Source: Patescibacteria group bacterium (lineage in GTDB: Bacteria > Patescibacteriota > Minisyncoccia > UBA6257 > HR35). From it: a stretch of DNA of 64,000 bases. Positions 38,330 through 46,760 of the stretch are shown here, piece after piece. The notes below the pieces were generated by a model. The model saw nothing but the letters and a program-made list of their open reading frames with translations. It did no database searches and was not told the DNA's origin. The translations under genes and the position numbers were made by a program. How positions within the stretch are numbered: the stretch's first letter is position 1; the number at the start of each line of letters is the position of its first letter. The stretch covers positions 6,879 through 70,878 of the forward strand of contig JAUQQN010000001.1 of NCBI GenBank assembly GCA_030549845.1, given 5' to 3'.

Positions 38330-39142
38330 ATTTATTATTATTTTTGATCTTTAATACATCCAAAATCTTTTTTTCTAAGTTTTTATTCCAATTTTCTATA
38401 TCGGTTAATTTATTAATAAAATCAACTAATTTGTAATATTCTATAACAAAACAATTATCTAACCCCTGAACATTTTCTATTTTTCCATTTACAAAAACAA
38501 CAATTGGGATTGTTTTTATATTGATGTTATTATCCTTTAATAACTCATTTAAAAAAATTCTCTTTCTAAAATTTGGCGAATCGGATTTTTATAATAAAGT
38601 TTATATCTCATTTTACCTTTTTCTTTGCGATATAATTCTTGACCACTAACCCTAAATAATCCGTGGTAATTTTTAATCTCTAATAAAATTATTCCTTTAG
38701 GCCCTATTAGTATTCCATCAATATCACCTGTCTCTATATTGGATAATTCATAATTTTTAATATAATTGGATAATTCATAATTTTTAATATAAACATATTT
38801 ATCACTCAAATGTCTTTTTAAAAATTTTATAACCCTATTTTCTCCTTCTTCGCCTTTTATCAAAGAGTCTAATTTATCAATTAAACTATCTAAATACTCA
38901 AAACCTCCTAAAATAGAAAATAATAAAAATACAATTAAAAAGAAAATTGCTATACTGGAAAAGAATTTTTTGACAGGCTCTAAGAATTTAAGAAATTCTG
39001 GTAATGGTACTAATGAAAAAACGCCTGTAAAAACAAAAATAAGCAAAAATACTAATAAAAGTAAAAGAATAATTGTTGGTTTATTGCCAATTTTTTCAAG
39101 TTCTTTGGCGAGGTATGATTTTTGATATTCTATTATCCTCAT
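38330..39142 (-). pseudogene. NERD-domain protein with N-terminal TM segments, interrupted by a frameshift at an A7 tract (38551-38557)
   Basis: Track ORF 38549..39142 ends ...QILEREFF*. The adjacent frame continues LNELLKDNNINIKTIPIVVFVNGKIENVQG... (canonical NERD continuation) to a stop near 38330. Removing one A from the homopolymer fuses the two parts. Confidence 0.6.
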
Positions 39143-39252
39143 TTATAAAAATCAAATATAAACATATTTTTATCTCATAAATTGACTTTAAAAAAATTTT
39201 TATTTTGATACATTGATTATCGTAGTTTTTATCTCGATTAATTTATTAAACA

Positions 39253-42144
39253 TCACAACTTGCCTTTTGTAAAATTTACAATGTTTTCTAAGATCTTATC
39301 AAAATTTTCAAACCAATAATCTTTATAGCCGGAAGATCTAACTCTATCTTCATCTTCTGTGTATAGAAAACAAAAAATATAACAATTTAGATTTTTGTAT
39401 TGGAATTTTTTAGGCTTATTTTCTTCTTCGAAAATTTCTTTATATCCTAAAACTTTATCTTCAAAATTCCTATAACTTGTACTCTTAGGATCAACAAAAA
39501 CTATATAATAATCATTCCCTCTCTTAAGCCAAAAAATAAAGTCTGGTTTGAAGTTTTCAAACTGGGATTTTTCATAATTATAGTAAGGAATATAGACATC
39601 ATCTAAATTTTCATCAATTTTGCTAAATAACCACCAATCAAAATTATTGAATTTACTTTCTTTACTAGCAATATATTTTTCTAACTCTTCTATAAATTTA
39701 ATCTCGCTTTTAGTTTTTATTATATGTTTTATATATTCCACTCTCTCATTTCTTTGCAAAATCAAAGGAAGATAATAATGTTGAGGAATGTATTTTAAAT
39801 CTAATTCTCTGCCATATACTGAAGTTTTTTTATTTTCAAATACATTCTTTATTAAATTTTCAAAATTTTTAAAGTCTGCTTCTTCTAATTCAACAATAAT
39901 TTTTTTATAATGCTTTATCTCATCCTTTAATTCTTCAATATTTTCTAATTCTCTTAATTCTTTATTCCAGAAATTAAAAATATTATTCAAAACTACTACG
40001 GGATTTTTGACAATTGACTGATCTACAAATTTGTAAAACTGATTTTCTCTTTCAAAAGAATTTTTAACAAATTTCAAAAGTTTAGGCTCAACATTGTAAT
40101 TAACTAACAAAATTCTTTCATCTTTAATAAATTCGTAAAATTCTCTAACCAAACTCAATTCATCTCGTGATAATTTAAACCTTGATTTTACTTCACTTTC
40201 TTCAAATAACTTTTTATCTGCAAGCTTGTATTTAGGAATTAAGAGAATTTTATCTTTTATAATTTCTTCATTTTTAAATAGACGAAGTTCTTTTTTAGCT
40301 TTTGTTTCTTTTTTAAACTCTTCTGTTTCTTTTAAGATCGTCTCCAATGCTGATTTGTTAGTGCCAAATATAAATAAAGTTTCTATAGAAGGCACAAAAT
40401 CTTTAATTTTTTGAAAAACATCCTTAAACTCTGGATCTAAATCTATATATATTCCTCTTTTCCTTTGATTTTTAACAGGTTCAATTCTTACCCCTCTCCC
40501 TATTGACTGCAAAACAAATTTCCTAGCATTTTTCTGCGTGCCAATATTTATAAACATTATTATATTCGGCCTATTGGAATCCCATCCTTCATAAAATACT
40601 CTTGAACCAAGTAAGATGTTTACTGAAGATTCTTCATCATTTACCCTTTCAAAAAATCCTTCATTTTCGAATGTATGATTTACTTCAAAATTCAATAACT
40701 CATTTTTAAGCCAATTTGGCATTTGTCCGGTTTTACTAAGACAAAAATGAGAATCTGATGTTTTTAATTTAAAAGCAACTTCACTATTATTTGAAGGATT
40801 AAAAGATATTTCTATTTCTCCAGGTTTTTCCGAATTAAACACATATCTTAAAATATCTCGGTAATTTATTGATTGTAAAAGTTGGTCATCAAATTCAATT
40901 TCCTCGTTTGGCAGTATATATTCCTTTTTATTATTTAATTCTTCTATAATTTCATTTTTAGCCTCTTCAATAATTTTTTCTTCTACTTTTCCTTTCCCTA
41001 TCTTCTCTAATTCTTTAAATATTTTCTTTAAATCAGCTAATTCATTATCAACAGAGTTTACTAATACTAAAATTAATGGCTTATGATATAAATTGGTTTT
41101 GATTTTTCTAATCTCTTCAAGATTCTTTTTAATATATGTCAAAAGAATTAATGCTTTAAGAATAATTTTTTGTTTAGTTAAATCATCAAAATCTTCTTTA
41201 TTTCTAAAAGCATCAATATCTCTTTCGAAAATATAAATTTTCTTACCGAATCCTTTTTCAATAAAACTTGAAAGATTAAATTCATAAACGCAAGTTACTA
41301 AATCTCTAATATCATCAAAAGTCGCTGAAAAATTAAAAAGAAAACCATTTTGTGAAAGAATAGAATAGATATGTTGTCTTTTTGATTCATCTTTGTCGCC
41401 TTTATGAGCTTCGTCCAAAATTAAATACCATTTACCTTCATTATAATAATTTCTAAAATCTATAATTTTTTCTTTCTCTTCATCGCTAAACAAATCTGAT
41501 CTATAATAAAAAACAATATTTTCTTTAAAAAGTTTTAAAGAAGATTTTATTTTCTCATAATCCTTAAAATTACAAAGTTCAATTCTATTTTGTATATTAA
41601 ACTTATTATATTCATCTATGTGCTCTTGAAATTGCTTTATTAAATCTTCCCTATGAGTCAGAAATAAAATGTCATAATCAGGTATTTCTCTTCTTTGAAT
41701 CAAATTTTTGAGAATTTCTATAAGTTTAATAATCACCAAAGTCTTTCCGCTCCCAGTTGCCATCCAAAAACTCATCCTATTAATGAAATGCTTAAAACTT
41801 ATCTCGTTATTTTCTAACTCGTAATAATCAAAAATAAATTTATGCTTTCTTTCTTCCTTGTATTTATGAGAAACTTCTTGAGGATTTAAGCCCCAATCTA
41901 AATATTTTTCATACAAAATTTTCTTTCTTCGCTCATTAATTTCTAAATTTTCATTTTCAAAATAGTCATACTCTTTATCATAGTAGAACCATAAAATTTT
42001 TAAAGCATTCTCTAGAGCTTCTTTTTGAAAATCATAAAGTTTTTTATTCTCAGAGAAATTATCTAAATCAAAATTCTGCCAATTAAAAGATAATTGATTT
42101 TTATCAATATTTTCAGCTATTTTTTGAAGAATTAACTTTGCCAT
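39253..42144 (-). CDS. res: Type III restriction enzyme Res-like subunit (SF2 helicase plus C-terminal PD-(D/E)XK endonuclease)
   Basis: Motif I MATGSGKT, motif II ILDEAHKG, motif III NFSATF, motif VI QSIGRGVR; C-terminal KPDFIFWLK...YIVFVDPK nuclease motif. Confidence 0.75.
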   Translation of the reverse strand: MAKLILQKIAENIDKNQLSFNWQNFDLDNFSENKKLYDFQKEALENALKILWFYYDKEYDYFENENLEINERRKKILYEKYLDWGLNPQEVSHKYKEERKHKFIFDYYELENNEISFKHFINRMSFWMATGSGKTLVIIKLIEILKNLIQRREIPDYDILFLTHREDLIKQFQEHIDEYNKFNIQNRIELCNFKDYEKIKSSLKLFKENIVFYYRSDLFSDEEKEKIIDFRNYYNEGKWYLILDEAHKGDKDESKRQHIYSILSQNGFLFNFSATFDDIRDLVTCVYEFNLSSFIEKGFGKKIYIFERDIDAFRNKEDFDDLTKQKIILKALILLTYIKKNLEEIRKIKTNLYHKPLILVLVNSVDNELADLKKIFKELEKIGKGKVEEKIIEEAKNEIIEELNNKKEYILPNEEIEFDDQLLQSINYRDILRYVFNSEKPGEIEISFNPSNNSEVAFKLKTSDSHFCLSKTGQMPNWLKNELLNFEVNHTFENEGFFERVNDEESSVNILLGSRVFYEGWDSNRPNIIMFINIGTQKNARKFVLQSIGRGVRIEPVKNQRKRGIYIDLDPEFKDVFQKIKDFVPSIETLFIFGTNKSALETILKETEEFKKETKAKKELRLFKNEEIIKDKILLIPKYKLADKKLFEESEVKSRFKLSRDELSLVREFYEFIKDERILLVNYNVEPKLLKFVKNSFERENQFYKFVDQSIVKNPVVVLNNIFNFWNKELRELENIEELKDEIKHYKKIIVELEEADFKNFENLIKNVFENKKTSVYGRELDLKYIPQHYYLPLILQRNERVEYIKHIIKTKSEIKFIEELEKYIASKESKFNNFDWWLFSKIDENLDDVYIPYYNYEKSQFENFKPDFIFWLKRGNDYYIVFVDPKSTSYRNFEDKVLGYKEIFEEENKPKKFQYKNLNCYIFCFLYTEDEDRVRSSGYKDYWFENFDKILENIVNFTKGKL

Positions 42145-42179
42145 TTATTAAATTTTAAAATTAGGATTTATTGTTGCTG

Positions 42180-42956
42180 TCATATAATTAATTTTTCTAA
42201 AATATTCCTATCTAATCTCTTTAAATATTCATTAACATAAAAATAGTCTGGTTCTTGTTTAATCGCTCTTGTTATTATTCTAAAAGCTTTATCTAAGCCT
42301 ATATCTTCTTTCAAAACTTGATTGACATTGAAAAGAATTAAACCTATTCCAAATCTTAAACATAAAGATTCTAATCTACTTAAATCAACCTGAGATATTG
42401 TCTCTGGTAATACTAAATAAACTTTATGACTAAATAATTTATAAGAACAAGCTTGACCAAAAGCAATAATTGGCTGATTAGTATCTATTTTAATTTCAGC
42501 ACTAATTATTTCTGGTAATGGTTCAATTATTGATGGCTTCGAGATTTTATAAATTCCTAAAACATCTGGAGTACCCCATCTATCTCTAAACACACTACCT
42601 CCTAATGGTATAGTTTTTGTACATCCTTCTAATTCTTGTACTAAATAATCAGCAAATTTTTGATAGATTGTCTCTTCTCTAATTTTTGTTTCTTCTTCAA
42701 ATATTTTTTCTTCCTTAAGATTTTCATAAAATTTCCTTAAAATATAGAGCCCTCTTTCTGGTTTTATTACATCTTTGATTTTTTTATCTAAATTCCATAT
42801 TTCCCATTGAATAAGTTTTAATTTAATTTCTGGATATTCTTCGTAAATTTTATTTACTAATTTAGAATACCTTATTCCTTGAGGTGAATTTTCTAAAATC
42901 TCCAAAGCTTTTTCTCTTATTGCTTCCTGTTTTTGTTTATGGGTTAGTTTTTTCAT
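42180..42956 (-). CDS. Hypothetical protein with possible PD-(D/E)XK-like core, embedded between mod and res
   Basis: GTPDVLGIYK ... SAEIKID (PD...E.K pattern); N-terminal helical/wHTH-like region. Overlaps the upstream gene by 20 nt, so co-transcribed. Confidence 0.4.
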   Translation of the reverse strand: MKKLTHKQKQEAIREKALEILENSPQGIRYSKLVNKIYEEYPEIKLKLIQWEIWNLDKKIKDVIKPERGLYILRKFYENLKEEKIFEEETKIREETIYQKFADYLVQELEGCTKTIPLGGSVFRDRWGTPDVLGIYKISKPSIIEPLPEIISAEIKIDTNQPIIAFGQACSYKLFSHKVYLVLPETISQVDLSRLESLCLRFGIGLILFNVNQVLKEDIGLDKAFRIITRAIKQEPDYFYVNEYLKRLDRNILEKLII

Positions 42957-43626
42957 TTTTATAATTTAAATACTTCAAAAGATATATAAAATCCTCTTTA
43001 ACACCAACAATTTCACTAATACTCATAGGGGTAATATTTTTTTTCATAACAATATGTAAGGATAATGTATGATTACTAGGTTTAATTTTCATTGTTTTTA
43101 TTTGAAAATATTTTAATATTTCATTAAACATTTTTTGAATATAATCAATTATCTCTTTTAATTCATCTATGATGTCATTAAATTTAATAACTGATAATAT
43201 ATCTACCGCAGATAATTTTTTATTGATATCTATATGGGCTACAACCTTATTTACAGTTTTTAAAATCTCATTAATTTCATTGTTTTTATATTTATCAATT
43301 TCTGATTCAATTTCTTTTAATTTCTGCACATCTTCCAATAAATTTTTGTGTTGGAATTCTTTAGAGAAATAGATTAGGGGAAAATATAAAGAATATACAT
43401 CATCTCTTTCTCTTTTATCGAAAATTTTTCTTATTTCTAATAAAGTTATTAAAAGAGTGTTGATAACAAACAAAATAAAAAAATTTCTAAATTTTTTTAT
43501 TAGAATATGATTCCTATATTCTTCTAGTACATTTAAATTTGTTTTAACAAAAGCAATTTCTTTTGCCAAAATATCTTTCCACTCTTCCAGTTTTTTAATT
43601 GCATTTTTATTTAAAATTTCTTCCAT
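42937..43626 (-). CDS. Hypothetical protein with one TM helix and coiled-coil regions, embedded between mod and res
   Basis: FRNFFILFVINTLLITLLEI hydrophobic segment; starts 4 nt after the mod stop. Confidence 0.4.
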   Translation of the reverse strand: MEEILNKNAIKKLEEWKDILAKEIAFVKTNLNVLEEYRNHILIKKFRNFFILFVINTLLITLLEIRKIFDKRERDDVYSLYFPLIYFSKEFQHKNLLEDVQKLKEIESEIDKYKNNEINEILKTVNKVVAHIDINKKLSAVDILSVIKFNDIIDELKEIIDYIQKMFNEILKYFQIKTMKIKPSNHTLSLHIVMKKNITPMSISEIVGVKEDFIYLLKYLNYKNEKTNP

Positions 43627-43630
43627 CTTT

Positions 43631-46186
43631 TCACCACCAAATTAATTTTTTAATTTCTGGCAAATGTTTTTCTAATTGATTTAAACTTACTTTTTCTCCA
43701 TCTTCAAATTCAACTTCATTTTCTGAAATTTTTTTAAGCCACTTGCCTTTTAAACAAGAAAGTGTTTCAGCAATATCTACATTTGAATAAATTTTACTAA
43801 AATCAATTTTTATCTTGTTATTTTCATAATTAATTTCTAAGGCTTCTAACATTTTAGGGTCAGCCATAAATATATAATTAAAATCTTCTTTAAATAATTT
43901 AGGTGATTCTTTTTCAGTCAAATATTTTGCTTTATCCAAAATATCTGGAAATTGCTCAAGTTCATAATATTTGAAAAATCCACCTGCTTTATCTTCGTTA
44001 TATTTTTCCTTAACATCCTTTTCTTTTGATATTCCAAATTTATCATAAGCTAAAACCTTTTTCATTCTTGGTAAAACTACTGTATAAAAATGCTCTCCCA
44101 TCTCTACACCAATCCATTTTCTTTTTAGTTTATGTGCTACTGCTGTTGTTGTGCCACTTCCTAAAAAGAAATCCATAACTAAATCGTCTTCGTTGGAAGT
44201 AGATTCTATGACACGTTTGAGAAGGATTTCAGAGTTTTCGGTAGGGAAACCAGTTGATTTGGATATAACGTAAGTGTAGCCTAAAATATCTGTCCAGTCA
44301 TTATTTACAGGAACCTCTCGTCTTAAATAGAAAGCATCAAACTCCCTAGAGCTACATTTTTGACAACAGAGAATCTTTAGATTAGGATCAGTATTTTGAT
44401 ATTCCCATCCACAATTCTTACACACGATTTTTATATTTCCTTTACTTATTTCAATTTCTATTCTCTCTTGAGAAAATTGCCAATGAGTTCCTTTTGGTGC
44501 TTTAATAATCATTCCCCAAAATACCCGTGTTGGTTCTCCTCGTTCCCCAGGGAAAAACATTATTGTCCATTCTAGCTTTTCGTCAGGTTTAGGTCTTAAA
44601 GGTATAGTTATGGTTGCTTTTTGTTTATTCACGGAAAAAAATATTAAGCTTTCTGTATCATTTTCAAATTTATTTCTCTCTTTACTCTCAGTTCTCTTTC
44701 CTTTTCTTACTATTATCTCATTCCTAAAATTCTCCTTTCCAAAAATCTCATCCATCAAAGGTCTTACAATCCAATTCCCATTGTAATCACATCTAACAAA
44801 AATACTTCCTGTATCTTTTAACAACTCTCTTGCAAGCCTTAGTCTATTTTCAAGCATTGTAGCCCAGGTGGAGTCTTTGTATTTTACAGAATAGAAATAA
44901 TCTGCTTCTTGTTCTTTATTAAATGGTGGATCGATATAAATAGTTTGCACTTTTTCTTTAAATTTTGGTAAGATTGTATTTAATGCTTGATAATTTTCGC
45001 TCTTTATTAACCAACCATCTAAATTTTCATCTAAATTATCAAAAAGGCTTAAAATTTCAAGTTCTAAATCTTTAAAGTATTTTGTATCTATAGGTAAAAA
45101 TTGATATTTTTTGTTTAAATTTTTGCCACTTAAATCTTTTTGAATGATTTTATTTTTGTCAAAATCTTCATCAATTATATTTAATTCTTTCCATTCTTTT
45201 ATTTGTTCACTAAAATTTTTATGATTTATTATCTTTTCAATAATTTGGATTCCCTTTTCATGATTTTGTTTTACTAATCTATCTAAAGTGATAACATAAT
45301 TCGAATTTAAAACAAATCTTGGTTTATTCCATATTTTTACAAGTTCATCCTCAAATTTAGAGACAAAATCAATAATAAATTCTGCGCATTCCCTTAACTT
45401 ATTTATCTGATCGATTCTTTCTGGAGTATAATCTTGGTTAGTTGAGAAAAATTTATTATAGATAAATAGTTTTAATTGTTCGGTTAAAAAAGCTTTTGCA
45501 TTTTTATGAATAAAATAATCTATTTCTGATTGTTGTTCAAATTTTTTGAATGCTTTTTCTAAAATTTCTTCTGTTAACTTGATATTCTTGTTTTTAAATT
45601 TATTTTTTAATTTTTTGAGAATTTCATCTATTTTTGTTGTTTTCCCTTTTTCTGAATAATAAACTTTAAAAACAAATCTTTCTTCTGATGTTTGACTTTC
45701 ATCTAATTCATAAATAAGCTCTCTTTTCTCATTTGCTTTTTTAGCTTCAAGAGTTGAAACATCAAAGTAAAATCTAAATTCTTTATTATTTTCTTGTAAG
45801 ACAACTTCTAATGATTTATATATTCTATCGGTTTTAAGATAATAAAGATCACGGGTTTTCCAAAATAAAATTATGTCTTCTTTATCTGTATAAACCCTGT
45901 CATAAATTTGATGATAGTATGGAGTATTAACAAAATAGATTGATCCTGATTCTGAAAAATATCGAGAAAAGAAAGTATAAATTTTTTCAAAAAGTTCTTC
46001 CTTAAAATTTGGGTATTTCTTTAAAATTTCTTTTATTTTTTGTTCGAGCTTAGGTTTAAAAACTTCATCGTAATATTTCTTTTTAATTTTCATCAAATTT
46101 ATATAGCCACCAGTGCCCTCAATCTCAGCCCCAACAAACATATTAGTTAAAAGATTGTAAAATTTTTGCTCATAATCTTGTCTCAT
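43631..46186 (-). CDS. mod: Large beta-class N6-adenine/N4-cytosine DNA methyltransferase (Type III Mod-like) with Zn-ribbon insertion
   Basis: Motif IV IYIDPPFN precedes motif I VMDFFLGSGTTTAVA (beta-class order); CKNC...CCQKC zinc ribbon between them; 851 aa. Confidence 0.75.
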   Translation of the reverse strand: MRQDYEQKFYNLLTNMFVGAEIEGTGGYINLMKIKKKYYDEVFKPKLEQKIKEILKKYPNFKEELFEKIYTFFSRYFSESGSIYFVNTPYYHQIYDRVYTDKEDIILFWKTRDLYYLKTDRIYKSLEVVLQENNKEFRFYFDVSTLEAKKANEKRELIYELDESQTSEERFVFKVYYSEKGKTTKIDEILKKLKNKFKNKNIKLTEEILEKAFKKFEQQSEIDYFIHKNAKAFLTEQLKLFIYNKFFSTNQDYTPERIDQINKLRECAEFIIDFVSKFEDELVKIWNKPRFVLNSNYVITLDRLVKQNHEKGIQIIEKIINHKNFSEQIKEWKELNIIDEDFDKNKIIQKDLSGKNLNKKYQFLPIDTKYFKDLELEILSLFDNLDENLDGWLIKSENYQALNTILPKFKEKVQTIYIDPPFNKEQEADYFYSVKYKDSTWATMLENRLRLARELLKDTGSIFVRCDYNGNWIVRPLMDEIFGKENFRNEIIVRKGKRTESKERNKFENDTESLIFFSVNKQKATITIPLRPKPDEKLEWTIMFFPGERGEPTRVFWGMIIKAPKGTHWQFSQERIEIEISKGNIKIVCKNCGWEYQNTDPNLKILCCQKCSSREFDAFYLRREVPVNNDWTDILGYTYVISKSTGFPTENSEILLKRVIESTSNEDDLVMDFFLGSGTTTAVAHKLKRKWIGVEMGEHFYTVVLPRMKKVLAYDKFGISKEKDVKEKYNEDKAGGFFKYYELEQFPDILDKAKYLTEKESPKLFKEDFNYIFMADPKMLEALEINYENNKIKIDFSKIYSNVDIAETLSCLKGKWLKKISENEVEFEDGEKVSLNQLEKHLPEIKKLIWW

Positions 46187-46215
46187 TAATTTAATTTTAT
46201 CACTTTTTAGGAAGG
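46173..46215. repeat. Mod promoter / 5' end 'box' (copy 2, the functional one)
   Basis: ATAATCTTGTCTCATTAATTTAATTTTATCACTTTTTAGGAAGG; includes the mod ATG (CAT at 46184-46186). Confidence 0.85.
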
Positions 46216-46220
46216 ATCAG

Positions 46221-46244
46221 TTTTTCGTAATCTGATTACGAAAA
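46221..46244. repeat. P1 palindrome copy K (42 bp upstream of the mod start)
   Basis: TTTTTCGTAATCTGATTACGAAAA. Confidence 0.85.
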
Positions 46245-46283
46245 GGTGTAAGTTATACAACTTATACCAAAATAAATAAAAAT

Positions 46284-46760
46284 TTACTTAAACCTGATTG
46301 GTAGTTCGAAATAGTATTGATTTTCTAAAAGGCCTGACGGGTTAGAATTTCTAAAAATTAATGTTCCTCGATGAGAAAAATGGTTAATGTCAGTATTTGG
46401 AAAGGATGGGTTTTTAAATTCTAATTTTCCTTCAAAAGTAACAAAATCTTCTGTCATCCAATTATCTTTTGCTTCAACATAGCTTTCAGTAATAATCTTT
46501 CCGTCCCAATCAACTAAAGTAACTGGGAAGGTTGCTTCAAAAAACCAATTACCTTTTGCTTTACCTTTAATAATAAGTGGAGAGTCAATAACATCATTTG
46601 CTTTTGGAGATTCGATTATTATTGTTTTTGATATTTCTTTTTCTGTTTTTATTTCTTTTTGTGGTTTAAAATAAAGTTTTTCAAGATAAGAACGAGACAA
46701 AAATAATAAAATTAACAGAGTTACTGATGTTATTATAAAAATTATTATTTTCTTAAGCAT
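46284..46760 (-). CDS. Secreted hypothetical protein
   Basis: Signal/TM N-terminus, no recognisable domain. Confidence 0.45.
   Translation of the reverse strand: MLKKIIIFIITSVTLLILLFLSRSYLEKLYFKPQKEIKTEKEISKTIIIESPKANDVIDSPLIIKGKAKGNWFFEATFPVTLVDWDGKIITESYVEAKDNWMTEDFVTFEGKLEFKNPSFPNTDINHFSHRGTLIFRNSNPSGLLENQYYFELPIRFK

Noticed and set aside
38740-38793. Possible CRISPR-like array (tandem repeats at 38740 and 36084)
   Set aside because: Only two units each, no repeat-spacer-repeat structure, and one is in-frame inside a gene. No cas1/cas2 nearby. The Cas4-like gene is an orphan PD-(D/E)XK nuclease.
20598-46244. Classical integron, ICE or prophage explanation for the island
   Set aside because: No integrase, transposase, relaxase, capsid or terminase gene was found in the window. 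The repeats are only 23 bp, far shorter than attC sites. Repeat-bounded cassette structure is kept as a hypothesis only.
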